Source of the DNA: Octopus sinensis
Taxonomy: Eukaryota
Reading direction: 5' to 3'
Assembly (NCBI RefSeq): GCF_006345805.1
Contig: NW_021829870.1
Span: forward strand, 1-35,414
DNA length: 35,414 nucleotides
Shown here: positions 11,306 to 22,149 of the stretch, one piece after another
How the letters are laid out: every line of letters begins with the position of its first letter
Position numbering within the stretch: the first letter of the stretch is position 1
The notes under the pieces: generated by a model
Told to the model about the DNA's origin: nothing
Databases searched by the model: none
What the model saw: only the letters and a program-made list of their open reading frames with translations
Position numbers and translations under genes: made by a program

Positions 11306-12908
11306 GACGATCCTTTCTCCAAGAAGTTATCTGTTGATATCAGTGCCCTTGTAATTCCTTCATCCTCTGCTCGATATCACACAGGTCATCAGCACACTGA
11401 GGATTGGCAACAGAAATTGCAGCTGTTGGTTTTCAAAGCCTTTAACGATCTGGCATGTTATTTATTTGGTGTGTGTCCATCATGGCAACTCACCGGTCCA
11501 CTAAAATACCGTGATAGCGTCCATCTCCTCTCCAAGCAGCTTAGCTCCTCATTGTGTTTAACCTGATAGCAGAAGCAGTGACTGGGGTGTGGCTTGGAAA
11601 AGATGTCGGAGTTTTAAAAGTGAGAGTCAGATGAGAACCGGGTGAGAACCAGATGAGAACCAGTACACTCGCTGTCAAACATGAAGATACTTTCTCTATC
11701 TGAACACCCATCACCAACATCACGAAACAAAAATGCTAAAAATTAAAGACCACTCAAACACGAGATGGCCACTGCTCGTTCAAACATTTTCAGTCCCATG
11801 GACTCTGTTGCTACATCGAAAAACTTCTTCCAAACAGACTAACATGTATACAATACCCTTGGACAAATCTGAAACATCTTATGAATACCCTCCCCCATCC
11901 AGTCATAGAAGCGTAAGGAACACATAGGTGAAAAAAAATAGCTGCAACATCAACAGCAACATTAGCCTCTGCCCTCTTATTATTGCTGTTCCAGCAATAA
12001 GATCAAAAGTACTATCACACTCAGACCGAATCCATCTTGCCAGATTCCACTAAGGCCACAGCCAGAATCTAGGGCGGGGCACAGAAATAGAGTGTACGGT
12101 ATTAGGAGGGCAACATGTCCACACTGTCACACCGAACCCTACACCGCAATAATGATTGTGCTATCTGGCGCGCTTGCTCTGCCAGTGGGACATTTGTCAA
12201 ATTTGCAAGTTCAATTGCTGGAACGCTTGGTCCGACCGTCGGATGTTGTCGGCATTCGTGAGGAGCACGGTGAACTCGTTGGTCAGAGCCAACTCAACCT
12301 GTCTCGGGTGAATGCTGTTACAGGTACAAGTACTGTCACACTCTGATTATTACCATTCAGTACTAAATGTCAGATGTACTGTATTTGCAGGTGTAGAGGA
12401 ATAAACTGGATTGTGGTGAGAGTGCAGCATGTCCACACCGTCACACTACAACCCCTATGATTCATCACGGAATGTCGGAGTTTGTAATATAAATCTCAAC
12501 TAGGCGCGAACAGTATCACCAGGAAGATGGATCTATTTATGGTGTCCGGTTGTTTAGCCGATTACCAACATGCCATAAGACCTCTGAATCAATCAAGCGC
12601 TCAGTAAAGTAACTAATAAGGAGCTATAGGTGGTGGGGAGGCACTTTTGGATCTGCTGTATAAGTCTTTATAGGAGCGGGGTGGTGGAAGTTGAAAATCT
12701 CAAGAGTTGCTCCGGGTGGCACATAGTCTAGCTACATCATGGCGTAGTTGTGACATGGAGATATACAACAACAACACAGCGCCATATTGTATTACATAAC
12801 GAGGAGCCAACGTGAAGCCTTTATATGGTCGCTCGCTCTTCGAAAAAAAGCAGCTAAATTTCAATTAAACTGTATCCTACTAACTTATAAAAAGAATACA
12901 TTAGATCA

Positions 12909-13200
12909 TGTGAGGGTGCATGGCCAAGCGGTTAGGGTGTAGCCCTGAAGATTGCAAGATTGTGGTTTCGATTGCTGGACTGGGTCCTACGTTGTGTTCT
13001 TGAGCAAAACACTGCATCTCATTTGCTCTGCAATCACTTCCACGCCTGACACGTGGTACGCAGTGCACTCGTTCAGACAACATCGATTTGATGGAGATAG
13101 TAAGCTAATGTGCCGCACATACATTTGATCATTATAAACAAATCATTTGCGCTAGTTGTTCAGCAAGAAATTACAGAACCATCTTTCTCAGACTCGAGAG
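12909..13200 (+). mobile_element. SINE family C (tRNA-like head, GTGTTCTTGAGCAAAACACT core)
   Basis: A-box-like TGGCCAAGCGGTTAG and B-box-like GGTTTCGATTGC. Core shared with the copies at 16240-16380 and 20010-20375. Confidence 0.75.
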
Positions 13201-13564
13201 ACTGCCATCATACACATTAAATTATGTAGTCCAAGTATACTATGTGTAAAAGACATGTTAGTCACGAATTGAATGCCCACTCGAGCTGAGCTGGCACGGA
13301 CTTAAAAACGCCAAAAGCAACTTCAGCCCCATTAATGGCCAATACACTTCTCATTTTCTCCCTCCCCCCATGAACGGACCAACCCATAATGTTTGACTTC
13401 ACATGACACACAACACAAAATTACCGCTCAGTCGCGTCTCCAATCTTCATTGTTTACAGTGATGAAAAATTTCCATCAGCTAATTCTGTTGGAGTTATCT
13501 CTCTTTTGTTATAGTTTTTCTAAATATATTCTAAACACCTCTAGAGGCATAGGCTCGAGAACAA

Positions 13565-13590
13565 GGGGTGCAGGGGTACGCTTGCACCCC
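13565..13590. other. GC-rich hairpin GGGGTGCA...TGCACCCC, possibly the subterminal palindrome of a DNA-transposon relic
   Basis: 8-bp perfect inverted repeat is visible. The transposon interpretation comes from memory of hAT-type MITE ends. Confidence 0.35.
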
Positions 13591-13727
13591 CTAATTGTTT
13601 TAGTGGGTGCGGATGCACTGCAAACGCTTTGAACATCTTTCTGAAAAACCTCATTGCCAAAACGACCGAACGTAAAAGCATTTTAGGACTGATTTGAAAC
13701 GTTATTTTTCCATTATTGGATTTATAT

Positions 13728-14322
13728 AAGGCGGCGAGCTGGCAGAAACGTTAGCACGCCAGGCGAAATGCTTAGCGGTATTTCGTCTGCTGTTACGTTT
13801 TGTGTTCAAATTCCGCCGAGGTCGACTTTGCTTTTCATCCTTTCGGGGTCGATAAATTAAGTACCAGTTACGCACTGGGGTCGATATAATCGACTTAATC
13901 CATGTGTCTGTCCTTGTTTGTCCCCTTTGTGTTTAGCCCCTTGTGAGTAGTAAAGAAATAGGTATTTCTGAGTTCAAATTCCGCCGTGGTCGACTTTGCT
14001 TTTTATCCTTTCGGGGTCGATAAATTAAGTACGAGTTACGCACTGGGGTCGATGTAATCGACTTATTCCTTTTGTCTGTCCTTGTTTGTCCCCTCTATGT
14101 TTAGCCCCTTGTGGGTAATAAAGAAATAAGAAACGTTGGCACGCCGGGCAAACTGCTCAGCAGTATTTCATCTGTATTTACGTTCTAAGTTCAAATTTTT
14201 CCAAGATCGACTTTGCCTTTCGGAGTCGATAAATTAAGTACCAGTTACGTACTGGGGTCGATCTAATCGACTGGTCCCTTCCCCAAAAACTTCGGGCCTT
14301 GTGCCTAGAGTAGAAAAGAATA
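13728..14322 (+). mobile_element. SINE family A trimeric concatemer
   Basis: Full monomer at 13728-~13960; a second unit re-entering at GGTATTTC-TGAGTTCAAATTCC (~13961); a third re-entering at GAAACGTTGGCAC (~14130) with a different tail (GGCCTTGTGCCTAGAGTAGAAAAGAATA). Confidence 0.9.
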
Positions 14323-14389
14323 TAAGAGGGCATCATGTAATTTGATTGATGTGCAAACAATAATTTTTGTTATTATAGTTTTGTTTTGA

Positions 14390-14602
14390 TACTCTTTTCT
14401 ACTCCAGGCACAAGGCTCGTAATTTGGGGGGAGGGGGCCAGTCGATGAGATCGACCTCAGTACGCAACTGGTACTTAATTTATCGACCTAGAAAAGATGA
14501 AAGGCAATGTCGACCTCGGCGGAATTTGAATGCAGAACGGAAAGACAGACAAAATACCGCTAAGCATTTCGCCCAGCGCGCTAACGTTTCTGCCAGTTCA
14601 CC
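14390..14602 (-). mobile_element. SINE family A, inverted relative to the upstream concatemer
   Basis: Reverse complement aligns end to end with 14130-14322, including the same tail type; 67-bp spacer. Confidence 0.9.
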
Positions 14603-15054
14603 ACTCTGTGTTTGTTTCGGTATTAAGATCGAAAAAATCGACCTTATTTGTAAAAGATTTTGCACCCACTAAGCAAATTTCGTTCCCGCTCTTACGTCCA
14701 AAAAGTGGTTTTGTATATTAATTGCTTAAATAATCTTAATTAGAGTTCTTCGACATTTAATGTTACGTATGCGAGACCCTACCGTATTCGTTGTCTTTGG
14801 TCTTTAGTAGCGTTAACAGAACATATCGTTCTCACTGCGACATTCACATAACACAACATCACACGTAAGATGTCCTATAATTTATCACACATTCTCACTA
14901 CCACACTACATTCACACAGCACTACAGCAGAACACCACATGTGACATATCCCCCTACCATACAATATATTACACACATTCTCACTGCCATACTCTACAGC
15001 ACTATATGCAAGATGTCTCACTAATGCGCAATTAACTACATGTCCGCATCTCTC

Positions 15055-15205
15055 CTTACGTCCTGAGTTCAAATTCCGCCGAGGTCGATTTTGCCTTTCA
15101 TCCTTTGGGAGTCAATAAAATAAGTACCAATTGAGCACTGGGGTCGATGTAATCGACTCGATCCTTACTCCGATTTTGTTGGCCTTGTGCCAACATTTAA
15201 AACCG
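15055..15205 (+). mobile_element. SINE family A, 5'-truncated
   Basis: TGAGTTCAAATTCCGCCGAGGTCGATTTTGCCTTTCATCC...GCACTGGGGTCGATGTAATCGACT...GGCCTTGTGCC. Confidence 0.85.
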
Positions 15206-15524
15206 ATATACTACATTTCTTCATTGCCGCACTACATTCACACATTACAGTACAACACCACATGTGAGGTGTACAACTGTTACAGAATATATTATATATT
15301 CTCGCTACAACACTCCTTTGCCCGTAAAAAATCCACACAAGCTCCATGACATATTATAAAACGTGTAGCAATCCCTTCCCACTACATCACCGAGTAATAT
15401 ATCCAGAGTATCACATCACATCCCACAGAAAATGTCCTAACTACCAAACCACATCATATAAACTCTTTTCACAGCAGCGCTAAATTTGTGTGTGTGTGTG
15501 TGTGTAAAATCTAACCACATATGA

Positions 15525-15700
15525 ATCGTTGGCGATTTTTGTCCTCCGTCTTCCTTTTCTCTTGGACGTTCCTCTGTTTCCTGTTTCTGAAGAAGAGCTT
15601 TGCTCGAAACGTAAAACCACTTTTCTTTCTTTCCCTGAGCGTCTGCTAATACTTTACCTGCACCACGTCCTCGCCTTGTTGTTTTCTTGTGTTTGTTCAT
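15525..15700 (+). mobile_element. Short hammerhead-bearing repeat (Penelope pLTR-like or retrozyme-like unit), copy 1
   Basis: Aligns along ~175 bp with the reverse complement of 18775-18965 (CGTTGGCG...GAGCGTC...TAATACT...CCACGTCCTCGC.TTGTTGT). Confidence 0.7.
15583..15617 (+). ncRNA. Minimal type-I hammerhead ribozyme motif with intact core
   Basis: GTTT-CTGAAGA-A-GAGC/TTT/GCTC-GAAA-CG-TA-AAAC. Helix I 4 bp, helix II 4 bp, palindromic ACGT in place of helix III. Confidence 0.8.
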
Positions 15701-15710
15701 TTTTTTTTAC

Positions 15711-15742
<32 letters not shown>

Positions 15743-15800
15743 ATATAATATATATATATATATATAGTATATTTTTATGTTCATTATAATCTTTTTTACA

Positions 15801-16003
15801 ATAGGTACAAGCCTGAAATTTTGGGAGAGGGGGCTAGTCAATTACATCGACCCAGTGCGTAACTGCTATTTAATTCATCGACCCGGAAAGGATGAAAGGC
15901 AAAGTTGACATAGGCTATATTTGAACTCAGAAAGTAGCGACGGGTAAAATACTGCTAAGCATTTCACCCGGCGTGCTAATGATTCTGCCAGCTCGCCGCC
16001 TTA
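15801..16003 (-). mobile_element. SINE family A
   Basis: Ends in CTGCCAGCTCGCCGCCTTA (reverse complement of the head); core GAAAGGATGAAAGGCAAAGT. Confidence 0.88.
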
Positions 16004-16239
16004 TGCTCATTTATAATAAAAACAATCTTACATTAATCTGATGGCTTATTCTAAACTTTTGAAGAGTATAAACTTATTATTCTTATACAAGAAATTTGTT
16101 GATAATGACTTCCAACATTCGGCCACCTAAGCCATCATCGCACCAAAAGATCAAAGATTCTTCCCGTGCCCTAGGCTTAAAACGCTGTTGTTCCGGATTT
16201 CCCGGATTCTGAACAGGAAGCCGGTCCGTGGCAGGATTG

Positions 16240-16380
16240 ATTTTTGCCAACTACGTTTGTAGAGCAACGTGTTATGATATGTTTTGCTCGAGAAAACAAC
16301 GCATCGCCTGGTCCAACGATCGAAACTACAACCTTGCGATCATGAGCGCAACATTCTAACTACCAAGCCACGTGCCACCA
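16240..16380 (-). mobile_element. SINE family C, 5' part
   Basis: Reverse complement has a tRNA-like head with stem-loop TTGCG-CTCATGAT-CGCAA (CAT in the loop, Met-like), a B-box-like GTTTCGATC and the CTCGAGCAAAACA core. Confidence 0.7.
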
Positions 16381-16384
16381 CTTA

Positions 16385-16589
16385 GACATACATACACGCA
16401 TATGTACATATATATATATATATATATATAAATATATATTTATGTATGTATGTGTATACATTGCGTAAAAATTCAATTACCTGTAAAATATATATTACAC
16501 TGACAACATTATATTATTTCAATAATTGAAAGATGGTGGTAATGATAGAGGTAGTAGCGAAGGTGGTATAGTGGGTGTGTGGTATATAT

Positions 16590-16643
<54 letters not shown>

Positions 16644-16946
16644 GTGTGTGTGTGTGTATGTGTATTTATGTGTATTCGTATGTTTGTATGTATGTATACA
16701 CACACATACACAGATAAGCATATATACATACATATACATATATAATCAAAAGCATAACACATATTACATACACACACTCACACGTGTGTCAAAGCGTCGG
16801 CAAAACTCAATTATTTTTTAAATCATAATATATATGGGCGACAATAGATTTCATTATATATATACACATATACATATATATGCATATATATGTATGTGTA
16901 TATATATTTATTTATATATATATATATTATATATATATATATATAT

Positions 16947-16990
<44 letters not shown>

Positions 16991-17190
16991 CATGTACTAA
17001 TACATATATATATGTGGTGTGTGTGTGTGTTGTGTGTGTATGTGTGTGTGTGTGTGTGTATAAACTTACTTGGAAGAAGACGCGTGGCGTTCAATCATAT
17101 AATAACAATTTAATAAATAAAACATATGCATACATACATATATGTACATACCTACATCTATATGTATATATACATGCATATATGGGTACA
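16385..17190. repeat. Compound (TA)n/(TCTA)n/(TG)n/(CA)n microsatellite field
   Basis: Directly visible. Confidence 0.9.
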
Positions 17191-17835
17191 GGACACCACA
17201 AAAAAACGTAGAACACAACGAGAAACGAAAACATTAACACAAAACAAGGAAACTGACTTTTTTTAACAACGAAAAACAGAGTCAAGACATACAACACAAG
17301 GAACATTCCCCTTCTTCAGCTGCCCCTTTTTCGACTTATTGCGTGTTTCGAAGGTAAGGGCAGGACACGACTACTTGAAACAGCCCTTCCCGCAAAGCAA
17401 ATTAAATAAAAAGCATTTTGCGGAGGGGTAAAAAAAGGTGACAAGAACAGGACAGTAAAAGCAATACAAATAAAGATAAAAACAGTACAAATAAAGATAA
17501 AAACAGTAAAAGACAGGACAAGGAGAAACAAACAATAAGGGCTGCTTTAAGCCTAGACGGTGGAAAAATTCATTTGAACGCATTCTGAAGAACGGCTTAC
17601 GAGGTCAGGAGAAACCGTTGTTGACTTGTTGAAGGCAGTAGTCAGAAAGAAAGTTAATAGCCCTCTGGTCAGCGACGAGAGAGAGGAGAAGGAGTGAGAG
17701 AGAGAGGGAACGGTAAAAGGGAGAGGAGAAGAAACCAGAAAGGATGAAAAATAAGAGAGGGGGAGATACAGGTAGAGAGGAAGACAGACAGGCAGGGAGA
17801 AAAGGTCCAGAAAGAAAGTTAGTAGCCCTCTGGTC

Positions 17836-18215
17836 AGTGGCTGTGTGGTAAATAACTTGCTTACCAACTACATGGTTCCGGGTTCAGTCCCACGGTGTGG
17901 CATCTTGGGCAAGTATCTTCTACTGTAGCCTTGGGCCTACCAAAGCCTTGTGAGTGGATTTGGTTGACAGAAACTGAAAGAAGCTCGTCGTATATGTGTG
18001 TGACGTGTGTGTGTGTTTGAGTGTCTGTGTTTGTCCCTCCCACCATTGCTTGACAACCGATGCTGGTGTGTTTACTTCCTCGTAGCTTTGCGATTTGGCA
18101 AAAGATTTCGATAGAATCAGTACCATATTTACAAGGAATAAGCCCAGGGTTCGGTTTCTTCGACTAAAAGGCGGTGCACCAGCATGGCCACTGCCAAAAT
18201 GACTGAAACAAATAA
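17836..18215 (+). mobile_element. SINE family B, full length
   Basis: GTGGCTGTGTGGTAAATAACTTGCTTACCAAC head through CCAGCATGGCCACTGCCAAAATGACTGAAACAAATAAA tail. Confidence 0.9.
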
Positions 18216-18219
18216 ATGA

Positions 18220-18311
18220 ATATACATACATATATATATAGATATATATATACACACATACATATATATACACACATATATATATACATATATATGTATG
18301 TATCCATAATG

Positions 18312-18383
<72 letters not shown>

Positions 18384-18478
18384 TGTATGTATATATATAC
18401 ATATGTGCGCATATGTATATATATTTATATGTATATATATATATGTGTGTGTGTGTGTATGTGTGTGTGCGTGTGTGT
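18220..18478. repeat. (TA)n/(TG)n microsatellite
   Basis: Directly visible; further tracts at 18650-18770 and 18975-19145. Confidence 0.95.
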
Positions 18479-18714
18479 TCGAAATGAAGAGTAGATGGAC
18501 AGTCGACAACTAATGAAGGGTCGTTCTTTATGATACTTGTCTAGTTTTCTATTTGTTTTTCTCGTTATTCGCATACCCAAGATTGTCTTCGTATTTCATG
18601 ATGCTTTCGTATTTCGTATTTCATGTTGTTTACGTTTTGTGACGTCCTTTACCTATATATGCATATACAAATACATATGTATGTAAGTATGTACATATGT
18701 GTATGTATATATGC

Positions 18715-18750
<36 letters not shown>

Positions 18751-18774
18751 ACATTATATATATACATATAAAGT

Positions 18775-18965
18775 TAATCCAAACATGAACGCACAAAAAA
18801 CACAACAACGCGAGGACGTGGAACAAATATAGTATTATTGGACGCTCGGGAAAGGAGGAAAGAAGGAGGTTTAACGATTCGAGCGGAGCTCTTCGTCGGA
18901 AACATAGGAGAAGGAAAGATCCAGAGAAGGGAAGACAGAGGAAAAAAGAACGCCAACGGTACACA
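18775..18965 (-). mobile_element. Short hammerhead-bearing repeat, copy 2 (variant core at 18869-18903)
   Basis: Reverse complement GTTT-CCGACGA-A-GAGC/TCC/GCTC-GAAT-CG-TT-AAAC; flanks homologous to 15525-15700. Confidence 0.7.
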
Positions 18966-18996
18966 CGCGGTAGATAGATATGTTTGTGTGTATGTA

Positions 18997-19091
<95 letters not shown>

Positions 19092-20009
19092 ATGTATGTA
19101 TGTATGTATGTATGTATGTATGTATGTATGTATGTATGTGTGTATATTAATATATTGTAGCGTAAGTTATGGATTCACACACTCATATATCTATCACAGA
19201 AAGCTCCACCAGCGGACCCGGCTAACCGACTACATAGTAATCCAAATTTTCCGTAGTGGGCTTATAGACTATTTTCTTTAGCCAATACGCAGTAAACATT
19301 TGTAAGCTTAAATCTTATAATTATTATTTTCATTTACAGAATTTTTACTCGTCACTGTATACATACATTTCATTAGAGCTCCGGAAGACCATTATATTAA
19401 TAATATATACATCATGAGACAGATTTGTCAATGTACTCATTGCCATTCGCGACCTCTTCGACGACATGCCTTCTATAATCCAGATCTGCTTCTAATCTGT
19501 CGATCTGTCTTTTGTGTTATTATTGGCATAAAGAACCTATTTGTATAATGAACCGAGATACAACAAAATTTGTTTCAAAACACGAACTCACATCAAGAAT
19601 TTTTCAAACTGAATACAAAATCAATATACACACACACATATGTGTGTGTATATGCGTGCGTGTGTGTATGTATGTATGTATGTATGTATGTATGTATGTA
19701 TGTATGATGTATGTATGTGTGCATGTATCTATCTATATGTATATATATATATATATATATCCCTTTTTATTTGTAGATTAACAGAGCTACATATGGTTTC
19801 ATGTGGGATGAATTTCCACAACTTTTCAAGCGTTCCACTTTAAAATGTTGGTAGTTGCCTCCTTTTCGGATGGGCATACATGAGATTACACAAGATTATA
19901 CGGAACTTCAAAATTAATAGATACACAAATAAGGGAAGGCTATTTTGGTGGGGCTACTTTAATTTTTATTTCCCTTACATTGGAAGGTGAAGGTACTAAG
20001 TAGTTACGA

Positions 20010-20343
20010 TGCTGCACTCACGATTGCCGAGTGGCGTGTTGTCTTTTTGAGCGAAACGCTTCATTTCATATGCTCTAGTGTTGAGTGGGGACGGACATGT
20101 CAAATAATTGACTTTTGTTCTGTGTGTCGTAAAAGGCCACTAAAAGGATTTGAGGCAAAATTTACACTCCACCTTGAAAAATCCTCACCAGCAACGACTA
20201 TCCAGAGACCTCTGGGTAGAGGGTTGTCGCCTGAGTGGTACAAAGGTGTCATCCTCCTGGAACAGGGTATCACCAACAAATGGTGGATGCAGCGACGCAC
20301 ATTTACAACGCATTCCCCCATACTACTACTATTGCTGCTGCTG

Positions 20344-20374
<31 letters not shown>

Positions 20375-20375
20375 A
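20010..20375 (+). mobile_element. SINE family C-like element with (CTA)n tail
   Basis: Degraded head (GCTGCACTCACGATTGC...GTCTTTTTGAGCGAAACGCTTCATTTCA), a unique body and a (TAC/TGC)n tail. Confidence 0.6.
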
Positions 20376-20433
20376 TTGACACAGGCCTACATTTTGTGAA
20401 TGCATGTGTATGTGTATTGTATTGTATATCTTA

Positions 20434-20942
20434 CTAGCAGTATCGCCCGGCGTTGCTCGGGTTTGTAAGGGAAATAACTATATAAGCATTTTTAGAGAGT
20501 TACTTCCCTTATAAATTCGGGCTTTCTTAGCCATTTTTGTTTTGGTGTCTTCAAGCCATGAAGTCGTTGTTCTAAAAGAACGCTGGTTTCCTTGACAACG
20601 CATTACGACGTTGATTTCTTTACACTCCCTTCCCCACAGCTTCACGAGGTAGGGAAGAAGGGGGAAAAGCAAACAGGTGCAGCTGTGAGCGTGGACGCCA
20701 ACTCCGCCGCCATCGACACACGATGCATTTTATGCATTAAAATGGAATAAAAAATGATGTTAAATTATTTTTAAAATCGTAGACTCATCGTTGACGCGCG
20801 CTAATAGTCAGACGGGCTCGATATGAATCACGACTATAAGATACCCGAATTTGGTTAAACTGCACCGCAAAATGTGGGAGGAGTTAGGAATCTAAATCGA
20901 AGGGGACAGACACTCACACAACTAGAGTTTTATATATATAGA
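20434..20942 (-). mobile_element. Non-autonomous Helitron, copy 1
   Basis: On the minus strand it begins TC (after host A) and ends hairpin CCCGAGCAACGCCGGG + 8 nt + CTAG (before host T). No TSD. Homologous to 30421-30922. Confidence 0.88.
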
Positions 20943-21199
20943 TATACTGAGTCTCTTCGGGTTTTGAGAGTAAATTTGTCCGTGAAAATGTAAATTCATA
21001 AAATATTTTTGCAAATCGAATGATATCTTGAATACGTCTAAAGTATATATCATACATATTTGTGCAACTAGGAATTCTTATATGAATTCCTGGGGTATGT
21101 GTCTTTTATGCCTAGTGTATATGTAAGAAATAATAATATTATATCTTAAATTCATCCTGGTTGTATCGATGGTAAAGTGAACGAGGTGTCATGCTTGAA

Positions 21200-21500
21200 A
21201 CGTCGTGGTTTAAATCATTATTTGTGCATTTAGGGGACAAGTTGTGATATTTAATTTCTCTGATACAGAGACTGCTTCTACTGCTTTGTTGATACTCTTA
21301 TTTATGTAGGGTTTGACCAAGTAGTTATCTTTAAAGTTCCATACCTTATTAGATAAAGATGTTGTATATCTTTTGTCCTTATCTCTAGACGAAGCTAAGT
21401 GTTGTGTTTGTCTTTCCTTGAAGGTATTTCCAGTAACCTGTAATGGTCCATCCAGGTAAAATATCTTTGCCTTGTAAACCAGTTGTTATTCTAAGTACAT
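21200..21500 (-). mobile_element. Penelope-like element GIY-YIG endonuclease remnant 1
   Basis: LVYKAKI...TGNTFKERQTQHLASSRDKDKRYTTSLSNKVWNFKD...KPY...SEKLNI matches the PLE endonuclease C-terminal pattern. Confidence 0.75.
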
Positions 21501-21569
21501 ATTGCTCAGAGTACCATTACTACTGGATCCATAATACAAGATCTATGAGGGATGATTTTAATGCATATA

Positions 21570-21616
<47 letters not shown>

Positions 21617-21712
21617 ATATATATTATATACATACATTACATACATACATACATACATCACTACTACATACATACATACATACATACATACTAACATACA
21701 TGCCTACATACA

Positions 21713-21743
<31 letters not shown>

Positions 21744-22149
21744 GAACAATTTTTATTTAGACTTGTGTACTCAACAGCACCCACACATACACACATACTT
21801 ATCCACACACATACATACACACACGCATACATACAAAGGCTTTACACAGTTTTCACTCACAAGGCAACGGTCTACTCGGGTATAGCAGAAGAAATTGCCC
21901 ATGGTGCTGTGAAGCTGAAACCACGTTGTTGTAAAGTAAGCTTCTTAATCATACAGCCGTGCCAAGCATATGCCATTACACTTACTGTGAAAAGAATATG
22001 GCTCGTTACTTATACAAACAAATGCAATGTATAAATACAGTACGCCGCCCAATGCATAAAGCAGTACAGGAGGGCCTAAAGCTAAACCTAAATAAATATA
22101 ATACATTACCGTTATTGTACTCTATCGATTACAATAAGTGTAATATATT

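Noticed and set aside
14835-15450. Recurring CACTACATTCACAC...AACACCACATGTGA blocks on both sides of a SINE
   Set aside because: Looks like a decayed CA-rich minisatellite; no structure or coding signal.
12909-16380. tRNA-like sequences (A/B boxes, CAT anticodon-like loop)
   Set aside because: These are SINE heads that continue into SINE bodies; no complete cloverleaf or acceptor stem, so not tRNA genes.
17310-17370. Minus-strand GAAACACG...CTGAAGAAGGGG, a possible permuted hammerhead
   Set aside because: No U16.1/H17 site or helix I can be drawn; probably a repeat-tail relic.
17585-17619. CTGAAGA...GAAACCGTT
   Set aside because: No helix II or helix I; AACGG/CCGTT gives a competing fold.
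19320-19540. Strong-looking acceptor TTTTCATTTACAG at ~19338
   Set aside because: No matching donor, and no frame gives a convincing peptide.
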